In this document: piece after piece, positions 55,701 through 64,000 of the stretch
Numbering within the stretch: position 1 is the first letter of the stretch
Layout of the letters: each line of letters starts with the position of its first letter
From: Myxococcota bacterium
GTDB taxonomy: Bacteria > Myxococcota_A > UBA9160 > JAFDDA01
Length of the DNA stretch: 64,000 nt
NCBI GenBank assembly: GCA_965228475.1
Contig: OZ245817.1
Coordinates: 1,536,001 to 1,600,000, forward strand
Reading direction: 5' to 3'
Position numbers and translations under genes: made by a program
The notes under the pieces: generated by a model
What the model was told of the DNA's origin: nothing
Databases searched by the model: none
Seen by the model: the letters and a program-made list of their open reading frames with translations, nothing else

Positions 55701-56154
55701 GGACGTCGGCGAGTTCCGCGAGGCCGCTCGCCGGGCCGAGGCCGCGCGTCGCGAGGGAAACATGGAGGAGGCTCTGTCGGCGTACGCCGTCGCGGTCGAT
55801 CGCTACGAGGGTCCGTTCCTCCCCGAAGCGGCCTACGAAGAGTGGTCGCAGCCGGTGCGCCGTCGGCTCGAGGACGAGTTCCGGGGCGTGGCCGAGCGCT
55901 ACGGCGAGATGCTGCTCGACGGCGCGCGCCGGGAAGAGGCCCTGAAGCTCGCCGACCGTCTGCTCGACGACGATCCGGCGGACGAGAACGCGTGGCTCCT
56001 GCGCATGCGCGTCCAGCTCATGCAGGGCGATCGCGTGGCCGCGAGCCGAACCTACGACCAGGCCCGGGAAGCGGTGCGGGCCGCGCTCGACGTCGAGCCC
56101 GGCGAGGCCCTGCGCGATCTGGCGGCCCGGGTCCGGGGCGTCGCTCCGGAGTGA
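52786..56154 (+). CDS. Large ATP-binding transcriptional activator: MalT-like NTPase + TPR + HEAT + C-terminal SARP wHTH/BTAD
   Basis: APGGSGKTT, FLDNFH, RTEGWVTGLQL; HEAT-like DRNTSVRMRA/DRNAKVRAAA; CLGRL...DLWPE...NLRVSLSRL; YEGPFL...EEW...DPADE...LDVEP. Confidence 0.9.
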   Translation: MSNPSTSPPLFSSPSRRRTLALAEELVNVPLTTVVAPGGSGKTTLLSAWRAALAANTRQVWLDASTIHGDVGTFVDDLLHGLQAALRGAPFGRETTRILSNLTGGEDDWRILHRAFLRDWLGVEGETVVFLDNFHNVPAGSPADRWVSEMLRSQPANLHWVVSSRGTLPGAAVRLAAGGLVHEVGFDDLNLRFEEAKALLESRGIEADDALVTTLLGRTEGWVTGLQLAARVLQRVDPDERRAYAERIGRERDLFHYIAAELLAGESEEQIQLLERAAVLGRASPETLGQLLDPPGGLDRIEHAIDHGLLLGDGNEVWPHQLWQEFLRERLKARLSPQEHRALHGRAARLLAEQGRVEAALEAYRESEDWQSIAFLLHEVGHEWLDRGRARGVQRWLEALPGEVRESEPRLLEMQGLLLLEADPKSATRYLEQAARAFSESGDLKSEGGALGALTYLGITRLDLAAARRSLLRGFKPSRLISDSGKRAEAFVGLAGFAALRGRFGRSLKLSERALRAPLPPLTRWFNLLNLGLLYSLAGDFDRGRTLLDEGLGDRAVSRRAFVYNSLLIVRALLLSRSGDHAAARRDIEEARRGIEDFRFRSFQPPWAMVAADAHALRGDRDESERAYADFLAAIAKADAVPLEAVARGQRAVRCLGWGDADGARAEAERCAQLHERGIPEGKIAFPWWIAVSLWVLGRTGDAKSAWARLAPFRRDLRPSGLPLLEAMIGLTTAELAHRAGEDAEAASLARDAWKRAERDGVQLDPMISPLVLPWATAEAFRQGVAEDFAFDALRRLCPAAVPGVLATLAKDRNTSVRMRAVECMAEFGGRALHGPLERATRDRNAKVRAAAERALPALDLRPDFAVRIRCLGRLVVERDGEALPDSAFRGNMGQRLLGRLLASEGRPLSRDVLQTDLWPEADEAAGKNNLRVSLSRLSDALDPERLPGSPAWFLQTGGVGVALDLDRLASWDVGEFREAARRAEAARREGNMEEALSAYAVAVDRYEGPFLPEAAYEEWSQPVRRRLEDEFRGVAERYGEMLLDGARREEALKLADRLLDDDPADENAWLLRMRVQLMQGDRVAASRTYDQAREAVRAALDVEPGEALRDLAARVRGVAPE

Positions 56155-56228
56155 TGCGGCGCCGGGCGCCGGCGCGCGGGCGAGGCCGCAACTGATCGAA
56201 ACGGTTGAGGTTTCCCGCTCCGCGCCGC

Positions 56229-56261
56229 GGTAACGCCGGGGTAATGCCCGGGGCCGATCGT
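56229..56261 (+). promoter_or_regulatory. SARP-type direct repeats GTAACGC-N4-GTAATGC plus -10 region
   Basis: GGTAACGCC (56229-37) and GGTAATGCC (56240-48), 11-bp period; GCCGATCGT at 56253-61; GTG at 56268. Confidence 0.65.
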
Positions 56262-56267
56262 GTTCCC

Positions 56268-56495
56268 GTGGCAAACGAGAAGAAGAACGCATTCGTCGTC
56301 TGGCTCGACCCCGGCGCGGAACCCGGCCAGGCCGATCGCTACCAGGGCCGGATCGAGCACGTCCCGACCTCGACGCGCGAGACCTTCTCGGGCAAGGAGG
56401 AGCTCCTCGCCTTCATCGAGCGTCACTTCGGCGAGTCCGGGAGCACGCCGTCCGTCGAGCCGAGCTCGGACGATGGTTCGGAGCGGTCGCCGTGA
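56268..56495 (+). CDS. Small uncharacterised protein (75 aa)
   Basis: AFVVWL...YQGRIEHVPT...FSGKEELLAFI; stop overlaps the next GTG (GTGA). Confidence 0.75.
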   Translation: MANEKKNAFVVWLDPGAEPGQADRYQGRIEHVPTSTRETFSGKEELLAFIERHFGESGSTPSVEPSSDDGSERSP

Positions 56496-59400
56496 CGGTT
56501 CGCCTCGCCTTCCTGCTTCTGGCCCTGGGGCTCGTCCCCGCGGTGGGCTGCACGCCGATGTCCTCGGAAGGCATCGGCGTCGAGGTCCCTTCGTGGACGC
56601 TCGAGTCGGCGACCGGTGAGGATGGCGCCTTCGAGGTGGTGTACCGCGCGCGCTGCCAGGCCGTCGGGCGCGAGGTCCTGACCTCGGCGGTCCTGCTGCT
56701 TGCCGCGGGCGAGGCGACGGTCGTCGACGGACTGGCCCAGTGCGGGCCGATCGAGGCCGGGGGCGAGGTCGACGCGGGCGATGGCATCACGCTCCTCCAG
56801 TCCTCGCCAGACGCGCTCGACCCCGCGGACTTCGACTTCGCCACGGTGGTGGTCGGACGCGACGACGAACTTCCGTCGACGCGACAGACCTCGACGATCG
56901 AACAGTTCACCTACCCGGTGCAGCTCGCGAGCACCGCCGACGAGGCGATCGTGCTCTCCGCCATGGCCATGAGCGCGGCTCCGGCGACGCGCGTCGTCGT
57001 GGGCCTGACGGTCGCCGAGACACCGCCCGGCGGCAGCGTCGGGACCGCGGGCATCCTGTCGCTGCAGCACGATCTTGCGGTCCCCTTCGACCCGGCCGCG
57101 ATCCACTGGTCGCTCCGCAGCGAGACGGCCCAGGACCTCGCCGTGGGCGTCACCACGAGCCTCGATGGCGTCGGGCACCCGCTCGGTGGCGTCCGCGTCG
57201 AAGAGCAGGGCCCGGAGGGCGATGCCGTCCGCACCACCGAGGCGAGCACCGGCTTCGTGAGCCTCGCCCAGAGCGCGGGCGACTTCCGTTGGCGGTTCTC
57301 GAAGGAGGGGCATCTGCCGGTGTGGCGGCGCCTCACGCTGGCCGCGGGTGAGGTCGCCGCGGTGCATGCGCCCTGGCTCGCCCGGCAGGATTCGGAGCGC
57401 TACCCGGTCACCGTCTTGAACGGCGGCGTCGTCGGAGGCCCCGCCGCTCGCACGACCGTGACCTTCGGTGCCGGCACCGTTTCGGCGAACCTCGAGGCGG
57501 TCCTCACGGAGCTCGACGGCCAGGCGCTGCCCGCCGCGCTGCCGATCGGCTGGAGCCCGCTGAACGCCTTCTGGCTGGAGCTCGCGGAAGACCCGAGCGA
57601 GGCCGCGACCGGAGCGCTGCAGCTCCTCGACGCTCTCGAGCCCGGCGAGGCCGGTGCCTTCGCGCGGTTCGCTCCCGACGCTTTCGCCTGGCAGGTGCTC
57701 GAGGTGGTCGGCGGCGACGGCGGGGATGCGGTCGACGTGGCCGTGCCCGGAGCCGGCGCCTACGTCTTCGCGGTCGCGGACGTCCTGCCCGCGGCGCCGC
57801 CGGCGCCCGAAGTCGGGCTGCCGCTCGGCCCGGCCGCGGCAACCTTCCCCGAGCCCGGCGAACTCGAGGGCGAGGGCGCCGTCGATCCGGCCGTCCGCGC
57901 GGCGAGCCTCCTGCCGGAGCACGTCACCGGCCTCGGGCGCGTGGAGATCTCGCACGAGGACCCGCTCGCCAGCGGGCTCCTGCTGCGGGGCGAGGTCGAC
58001 GAGCACTACCGCTTCTTCGACGGAGAGGAGCGGCGAACGCCGCGCTATCCGATCTCGGTCGTCGCCTACCAGCGCCCGGGAGACCGGGATCCGCGCACGC
58101 TCGAAGCGACCTTCCCCCTGCGACCGACGGCCCTGTTCGGGCCGACCGAGCTGGCCGAGGCCACGCTCCAGGTCGAGATCCTTCCGCCCTCGGCCTTCGC
58201 CGGCGCCGTCCTCGGCGACAGCGGCGGCCTGGTGGTCTCGGCGCAGGCGGCGGCGCTGGTCCCGGCGGACGTCCTCGCCGGCGACACGCCCGTCGAGCTG
58301 CGCGACCTCGAAGCGGGGGCCTTCGGCCCGGACGCCGTCCTCGCCTTCGATCTCTCGGTCGGGGGCGTCGTATCCGGGCAGCGCTTCGAATGGTTGCTCG
58401 GCCGCGGCGAGCCCGGCGCCCACTACGTCCTGGCGGCGGCGGTCTCGCGCTTCGGGCTCTCCGGGCTCGAGCCCCTCGAGCGCTACCGGGCCGACGAGAC
58501 GGGCCTGATCGTTCGCGACGAGCCGGTGAGCGGGGGTCTCCCCGGCGTTCGCGGGCCGGGCCGGCTCGTGCTCGTGCGGGTCGACGGGCCGCAGGCGATC
58601 GTCGAGGGCATCGTGCGCGACACCGACGGGATCGCGCGCCCGGGCCTGGCCGTGCAGATCGCGGGCACGCCCTGGCTGACCTTCTCGGACGCCACGGGGG
58701 GTTACCAGCTCGTCGCGGGAATCGGGCCGCGCGAGGTCGTCGTGATCGACCCGGGGAACGGAGATCTCGGAACCGCGGGGTTCGAAGTGCCCGCGTCGCT
58801 CGCTGCCGTGGGCGTCGACGCCGCAACGGCCCCGACCGGGCCGCGCATCGTCGAGCGCATCCCCGCCGACGGGGAGCGGGGCGTCGACGCCGTGACCCCG
58901 GTGGTCGTCCGCTTCTCGGAAGCGGTCGCGCGGGCGAGCTTCGGAACGGACGGGCTGGTCCTGCTCGACGGCAGCGGGACCCCCGTCGACGGAAGCCTCT
59001 CGCTGAACCTCGACGGCAACGAGGCGACCTTCCTGCCCGTTTCACCCCTGGTCTACGGCAGCGTCCACACGCTCGTCGTCAGCGGCGCGCTGCAGGACGA
59101 GATCGGTCTGCCGATCGAAGGCGACGAGGCCTTCCGCACCTCCACCTTCACCATCCAGGCGGCACCGACTCGCGGCGAGGGCGCCCAGCTCGCGATCTAC
59201 GAGCCCGGCTCGACCCTCGGGTACGCGGCCTGCGACGCCGCGGGCGTCGCCGGGATGGAGTTCGTCCCAGAGACGTTCATCTGCGTCCTCGGGAGTCAGG
59301 GCGCCGCGGACCCGGAGGTTCCGGTCGTCCTCGCGAACGACAGCACGGGCGCCACCGCGACCACGGACTCGAGCCCCGACGGCAGCTTCGCCGGCGTGCT

Positions 59401-62400
59401 CGAGGCGACGGTCGACGACTTCGTCTCGGCCACCTTCGTCAACGGCAACGGAACGCGCATCCGCATTCCGGTGCAGCGCCAGCTCTTCGACGACGGGAGC
59501 GTGGCGCTCTACGCCGCCGGCGGGATCCTCGAAGCCGAGAACGAAGAAGCCGGTGTCGTGCAGGTGCTGGTGGAGCCGAACGCGATCCCGAACAAGTCCA
59601 AGTTCAAGCTCGACCTCTTCGACGACTTCGCGCAGCTCCTCGAGGCCGTCGAGAACACGCCGCCCGAGGACGGGCAGCTCCTCGGTGGCTTCGAGATCGA
59701 GTTCTCCGGAGACCCTCTCGAGGAGGCCGCCGACTTCACGTTCCCCGTCGATCCGGCCGACCTCGACCTCGAGCCGGGTCAGACCGTCGAAGACCGCTCC
59801 TTCATTCTCGCCGAACCGATCGAAGTGGACGGCACGCTCGTCTACCGGACGGTCGACGCCATGAAGTGGGATCCGGAGACACAGACCCTGTTCACGTCTT
59901 CGCCCCCCTTCGATGCGTTCCTCGGGTTCGGCCGCTTCCTGCTGACCCCGCTCATGCTCCCCGTCTTCAAGGACAACGAGCTCACCATGACGGGCCGCGT
60001 GGTGGCGGCCCCCGAGGAGATCGCGAACGAGCTCACGGAGGAGCAGATCCGCTTCGCGCTGCCGCCGATCCGGCCGGTTCCGGGCGCCATCGTGACGGCG
60101 GACATCGGCGGCTTCTCCCAGAACAACGCGGGCCTTCGCGCCGGTGCGATCGTCGCGCGGGCGAACTCTCGGGGCTTCTTCGCCTTGCGGGTTCCCTTCA
60201 ACCCCTTCACGGGCGATCCCGTCTTCCTGCGCGCCCAGAGTCCCCTCTACCCGGGCCGCCGCGCGACGGACGGCTCGGTCGCCCCCACGATCTTCAACGG
60301 GATCCCCGAGAAGGTTCGGAACCTCGTCTTCAGCATGCCCGAGAACGCGAGCGCGGACGGGTTCGCACCGCTCGTGACCGCGAGCCCCGAGACCAGCGTC
60401 CTCCCGGTGGGCGAGGACGTCACGGTCTACATGACCATCCAGGACGATCGCAGCGCGCCCTACCTGAACGGCATCGCCCTCGATCCGACGCGATCGATTT
60501 CGCTGGTTCCGGGCCAGGCGCTCGGCCCGGTGCTGGTGAGTCAGGGGGCGAGCACCCCGATCACGCCCACGTCCATCGGAGCGGAGGTCACCGTCCAGGT
60601 CGAACGCTCCTCCCTGGTGACCCTGCTCGCCACCGCGGTCGACCAGGCGGGCAACGAGCGCGTGGTTCCCTTCCGGCTGCGATTCGGCGTGCCGCCCGAA
60701 GCGCCCCCGACCGATCTTCAGCCCTACGACGACGACGATGCGACGCCGCCGCGCGTGGTCTCGGTCACGCCGGGCCGGGGCGTCATGCTCGCGGCGCTCG
60801 ACGAGATCGTGATCCGCTTCAGCGAGGCGGTGAGCGAGAGCATCGAAACGGACTCGGTGAGCCTCCAGCCTTCGGGGCTCTCGATCATCGATCCGATCGT
60901 CGAGCTCTCGGACGACCACCTCACCGCCGTCATCTATCCGTCCGGCCTTCCGCCCGGGACCGAGGTCACCCTCGCCGTCGACGCCCAGGATCTCGCGGGC
61001 AACGCCATGGACACGTTCTCGACGAGCTTCCGCACGGCGCCTTCGGAGACCGCCCAGCTCCAGGGCGTCGACTGGCCCGTGGCGACGGTGGTGAGCGGCG
61101 CCTTCGCGTACACCCTCGATCGCGGAGTGGGGGACGGCGCCGAAGGCATCGTCGTCCACGATCTGGGCAATCTTTCCCAGAACCCGACGCCGGCGGGCTT
61201 CTTCGGGCTGCCGGAAGCCCCGCGCACCCTGACGCTGCTCACCCCGTGGAGCTTCAAGACCGGCCCGACCGAGCCGACCCGCACCGCGTCGCTCCTGGTC
61301 GCGACCGGCGGGGTCCTCGGCGAGGGCAACGCGGGGCAGTGGATGTGGGTGGTCGACGTCTCGGACCCGGCATCGCCCCAGCGGGTCGCGGGCGGGCTCG
61401 TGAGCATCGACGTCGCATCGGCGGTGACGAACGTGCGCTGGTCGGCGCCGCGCGTGGCCCTCGGGCTGAACACGCCGGAAGGCGGGCGGATCCTGCACAT
61501 CGATCTGCAGGCCTTCATCCTCGGTTCGAACGGGACGCACCAGACCGGGTCGCCGAGCCCCGGCAACGACGACAACGCCGACGGCGACTACGTCGACTCC
61601 GGAGACACCCTGCCGACCCCCCAGTTCGGGACGCTCTGGGGCCACGACTTCACCACGGCGGCCGCGTTCAAGCGCATCTTCCGGGACTTCGACCTGGCCT
61701 TCGGCGGACTCCTCGTCGCGAGCGCGATGCCCACCCGGCCCGAGACGAGCTCGGGCGGTCCGGGGGGGCCGCTCCCCGAGTTGAAGGGCCGGCTCCAGAT
61801 CCACAGCTTCAACGGACTGCCCGTCGGGAACGGCGACGGTGCAGAGGGCGGGCTCGAGTTCGACGAGGACCCGTGGCGGGTCCGCCTCGATCCGAGCTTC
61901 CCCGTCACCGACGACACCGGCCTGCGCATCGTCCCGGTCGCCCTCGTGAGCTACGGCGCGAAGATCGGCGTGGTCGAACTGACCGACCCCTTCGAGCCCG
62001 AACTCCTGCATGAGGTGTTCCTCGGGCCCGACGTCTCGAAGATCTTCTCCATCGAACGCGCGGACCCGGACACCTACGCCGTCGGGACCCAGGAAGGTGT
62101 CTTCCTGCTCGACCGCGAAGAGCTCGGGGAGGAGGCGGACAGCACGACGCTCCCGCACCACGCCGTGCAGGCCCGGCTGCCCACGCCCTTCGGTTCGGGG
62201 CGCACCTTCGGTGCGTCGTCCACCGCCGTGGCCGTGCCGGGGGGTCAGGTCGCGCGCCGTCCCCCGGCGATCGCCGTGGCGCGCTCCATCGGGGAGTCGG
62301 TCCCGAGCCGGACCGACGTGCTCGGGCTCGCCCTGGAGGAGCGCCGTGCCTTCGCCGAGAACCTCGTGGAGACGTCGCTGCTCTTCCCGGCCTCGCTCAC

Positions 62401-64000
62401 ACCGAGCGATCCCGCGGCACCCGGCGCGCTGTCGGATCCGCCTTCGCCTGCCAACCACTACTACGCGATCGTCCGAGCGAGTGGCACGCTCGGCGAGGAG
62501 CTCTCGGTGGCCGTCGAGGCGCTCGGCGTCGATGGAAAGCTGCTCTCCCCGCGCGGGACGAGCTTCCCGCCGGTCATGCTCTCGGACGAGACCTTCGCGC
62601 TCGGCCTCTCGGACTTCCAGAACAGCGGCACCGGGGCGCTCCGCGCCTCGCGTCTCTCTTCGGATCCGACCGACCCGCTCTACGACCTCTACGTCTCGGA
62701 CCCGTTCCTGATTCTCCGCGAGGCGCTCTCGGACGAACAGTTCGAAGCCCTCGAGCTGGGCGGGGAGCGCTGGCGGCAGGTGGTCTGGAGCGGCGACGCG
62801 ATGCGCTTCAGCCTGGACGCCTTCCAGGCGGAAGCCGGAGACACATGGCTCGAATCCCTGCAAAGCGACATCCAGAGCGCCGAGTACATTCCGGGTCTCT
62901 CGCGGCGCTACGCGGCGTTCTGTGGGCAGTACGTCGATTCGCCGAACCCGCTGGCCGAACGCTCGTCTCCCCACGTGGCCGGCGTGAACACGCAATCCGG
63001 CGAGTTCCGGCACGCGATCGCCGACGCCCAGCTCCAGAGTCACTCCGTACCCCTCGGACTGACGCGTACCTACGAGAGCCGCTCCCTCTACGTCGGCCCC
63101 TTCGGCCGCGGATGGGACAGCAACGTCCACGCTCGCCTGTGTTCCCTGCCCACGACCGGATTGCCGAGCGAGTTCACCCTGCCGCTCACCGTGGCCGGGG
63201 ACCCCGCCGTCGACCGGATCGCCCGGCCGGGAGACGTGCTGGTGATCGACGGCGCGGGCTCGGTGCAGCTCTACCCGCGCATCGACTCGCTGCACGGGAA
63301 CGTCGACCAGCGCCCGGCCTACGAGGCGGATCCCGCCATCGCGACCTTCGGCTGGACCGGAAAGATCGGCTCCTACTACGCCTCGCCCCCCGGCCACTTC
63401 GAAACGCTGATGCGCTTCACCGACGGAAGCTTCGTCCTCCTCCAGACCAACGGCGAGCGCATCCACTTCGGCGCCGACGGCCGCATCGACCAGGTGATCG
63501 GGACCTTCCCGAGCGCACGGACGCGCTACCGCTATCGCGCGGACGGAAGGCTCGACGAGGTCGAGAACGACCGCGGGCAGAAGATCGAGTTCGGCTACTA
63601 CGAGCGCAGCACGAGCCCGAACTTCATGCTGCTCGACCGCCCCTACGGCGAGGTTTCGCAGATCGGCCTGATCGCCCGGGTGAAGACGCCCTGGGACGAC
63701 ACGGACTACCACTACGACGAGCTGAACAACCTCGTCGAGGTGGATTCCGACGAGGGTACGAGCCGCTTCTACGGCTACGACGACGAGGCGCCCTACCAGA
63801 TGACGTCGATCCGGCACGGGTCGGCGGACGGCGAGGCCGTGCAGACCATCGGCTACGGCGACGGCGGTCTCGTCGAGACGGTGAGCCTGCTCGGGGAGAC
63901 GACGACCTTCTCCGGCGCCGCCGCGACGGCGCGCGACCGGCTCGAGGGCGGCGACGGGACCACGAGCTTCACCGTCGGGGACGGCGAGCCCCAGCAGATC
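56492..64000 (+). CDS. Giant (>2500 aa, 3'-truncated) surface lipoprotein with Ig-like, beta-propeller, DUF6531-like and YD/RHS modules
   Basis: Frame open from GTG 56492 to window end; AVG-C20 lipobox; PRIVERIPADG...VVVRFSEAV and PPRVVSVTP...IVIRFSEAV...DLAGN; VVDVSDPASP; GVNTQSG...LTRTYES...GPFGRGW; YRYRADGRL, YHYDELNNL. Confidence 0.9.
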   Translation, partial: MTVRLAFLLLALGLVPAVGCTPMSSEGIGVEVPSWTLESATGEDGAFEVVYRARCQAVGREVLTSAVLLLAAGEATVVDGLAQCGPIEAGGEVDAGDGITLLQSSPDALDPADFDFATVVVGRDDELPSTRQTSTIEQFTYPVQLASTADEAIVLSAMAMSAAPATRVVVGLTVAETPPGGSVGTAGILSLQHDLAVPFDPAAIHWSLRSETAQDLAVGVTTSLDGVGHPLGGVRVEEQGPEGDAVRTTEASTGFVSLAQSAGDFRWRFSKEGHLPVWRRLTLAAGEVAAVHAPWLARQDSERYPVTVLNGGVVGGPAARTTVTFGAGTVSANLEAVLTELDGQALPAALPIGWSPLNAFWLELAEDPSEAATGALQLLDALEPGEAGAFARFAPDAFAWQVLEVVGGDGGDAVDVAVPGAGAYVFAVADVLPAAPPAPEVGLPLGPAAATFPEPGELEGEGAVDPAVRAASLLPEHVTGLGRVEISHEDPLASGLLLRGEVDEHYRFFDGEERRTPRYPISVVAYQRPGDRDPRTLEATFPLRPTALFGPTELAEATLQVEILPPSAFAGAVLGDSGGLVVSAQAAALVPADVLAGDTPVELRDLEAGAFGPDAVLAFDLSVGGVVSGQRFEWLLGRGEPGAHYVLAAAVSRFGLSGLEPLERYRADETGLIVRDEPVSGGLPGVRGPGRLVLVRVDGPQAIVEGIVRDTDGIARPGLAVQIAGTPWLTFSDATGGYQLVAGIGPREVVVIDPGNGDLGTAGFEVPASLAAVGVDAATAPTGPRIVERIPADGERGVDAVTPVVVRFSEAVARASFGTDGLVLLDGSGTPVDGSLSLNLDGNEATFLPVSPLVYGSVHTLVVSGALQDEIGLPIEGDEAFRTSTFTIQAAPTRGEGAQLAIYEPGSTLGYAACDAAGVAGMEFVPETFICVLGSQGAADPEVPVVLANDSTGATATTDSSPDGSFAGVLEATVDDFVSATFVNGNGTRIRIPVQRQLFDDGSVALYAAGGILEAENEEAGVVQVLVEPNAIPNKSKFKLDLFDDFAQLLEAVENTPPEDGQLLGGFEIEFSGDPLEEAADFTFPVDPADLDLEPGQTVEDRSFILAEPIEVDGTLVYRTVDAMKWDPETQTLFTSSPPFDAFLGFGRFLLTPLMLPVFKDNELTMTGRVVAAPEEIANELTEEQIRFALPPIRPVPGAIVTADIGGFSQNNAGLRAGAIVARANSRGFFALRVPFNPFTGDPVFLRAQSPLYPGRRATDGSVAPTIFNGIPEKVRNLVFSMPENASADGFAPLVTASPETSVLPVGEDVTVYMTIQDDRSAPYLNGIALDPTRSISLVPGQALGPVLVSQGASTPITPTSIGAEVTVQVERSSLVTLLATAVDQAGNERVVPFRLRFGVPPEAPPTDLQPYDDDDATPPRVVSVTPGRGVMLAALDEIVIRFSEAVSESIETDSVSLQPSGLSIIDPIVELSDDHLTAVIYPSGLPPGTEVTLAVDAQDLAGNAMDTFSTSFRTAPSETAQLQGVDWPVATVVSGAFAYTLDRGVGDGAEGIVVHDLGNLSQNPTPAGFFGLPEAPRTLTLLTPWSFKTGPTEPTRTASLLVATGGVLGEGNAGQWMWVVDVSDPASPQRVAGGLVSIDVASAVTNVRWSAPRVALGLNTPEGGRILHIDLQAFILGSNGTHQTGSPSPGNDDNADGDYVDSGDTLPTPQFGTLWGHDFTTAAAFKRIFRDFDLAFGGLLVASAMPTRPETSSGGPGGPLPELKGRLQIHSFNGLPVGNGDGAEGGLEFDEDPWRVRLDPSFPVTDDTGLRIVPVALVSYGAKIGVVELTDPFEPELLHEVFLGPDVSKIFSIERADPDTYAVGTQEGVFLLDREELGEEADSTTLPHHAVQARLPTPFGSGRTFGASSTAVAVPGGQVARRPPAIAVARSIGESVPSRTDVLGLALEERRAFAENLVETSLLFPASLTPSDPAAPGALSDPPSPANHYYAIVRASGTLGEELSVAVEALGVDGKLLSPRGTSFPPVMLSDETFALGLSDFQNSGTGALRASRLSSDPTDPLYDLYVSDPFLILREALSDEQFEALELGGERWRQVVWSGDAMRFSLDAFQAEAGDTWLESLQSDIQSAEYIPGLSRRYAAFCGQYVDSPNPLAERSSPHVAGVNTQSGEFRHAIADAQLQSHSVPLGLTRTYESRSLYVGPFGRGWDSNVHARLCSLPTTGLPSEFTLPLTVAGDPAVDRIARPGDVLVIDGAGSVQLYPRIDSLHGNVDQRPAYEADPAIATFGWTGKIGSYYASPPGHFETLMRFTDGSFVLLQTNGERIHFGADGRIDQVIGTFPSARTRYRYRADGRLDEVENDRGQKIEFGYYERSTSPNFMLLDRPYGEVSQIGLIARVKTPWDDTDYHYDELNNLVEVDSDEGTSRFYGYDDEAPYQMTSIRHGSADGEAVQTIGYGDGGLVETVSLLGETTTFSGAAATARDRLEGGDGTTSFTVGDGEPQQI

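Noticed and set aside
52685..56500. Mobile-element boundary for the accessory locus
   Set aside because: No integrase, transposase, tRNA or att-like repeat visible

Overview
High-GC (visibly ~70%) bacterial window. The gene content (GlnRS, Pcs, PEP-CTERM-like protein, AsmA, ClpS/ClpA, HemY plus Cys-insert ferrochelatase) points to a diderm, plausibly Myxococcota-like organism; this taxonomy is inference. Bases 1-52.7 kb are mostly core and lipid/steroid-type catabolic genes: CYP125-like P450, esterase, thiolase/DUF35/racemase, an acyl-CoA dehydrogenase pair, glnS, lipA, clpSA, ispH, hemE-hemY/hemH and pcs. They also include an odd block where the complex I quinone-module genes nuoB and nuoI-C-D flank lpdA-E2-lipB. 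From 52.8 kb there is an accessory locus: a 1122-aa MalT-like NTPase/TPR/HEAT/SARP-BTAD regulator, a SARP-type direct-repeat promoter, a 75-aa orphan protein and a giant (>2500 aa) lipoprotein with Ig-like, beta-propeller, DUF6531-like and YD/RHS modules. That giant ORF runs off the window and is missing from the supplied ORF track. Non-coding signals include a KstR-type box before the P450, a PadR operator, a TetR-like palindrome, a recurring sigma28-like promoter and several leaderless -10 promoters. A CvpA-family gene is frameshifted. No rRNA, tRNA, CRISPR array or transposase was seen. Starts were refined by eye from RBS, stop/start overlaps and promoter geometry.
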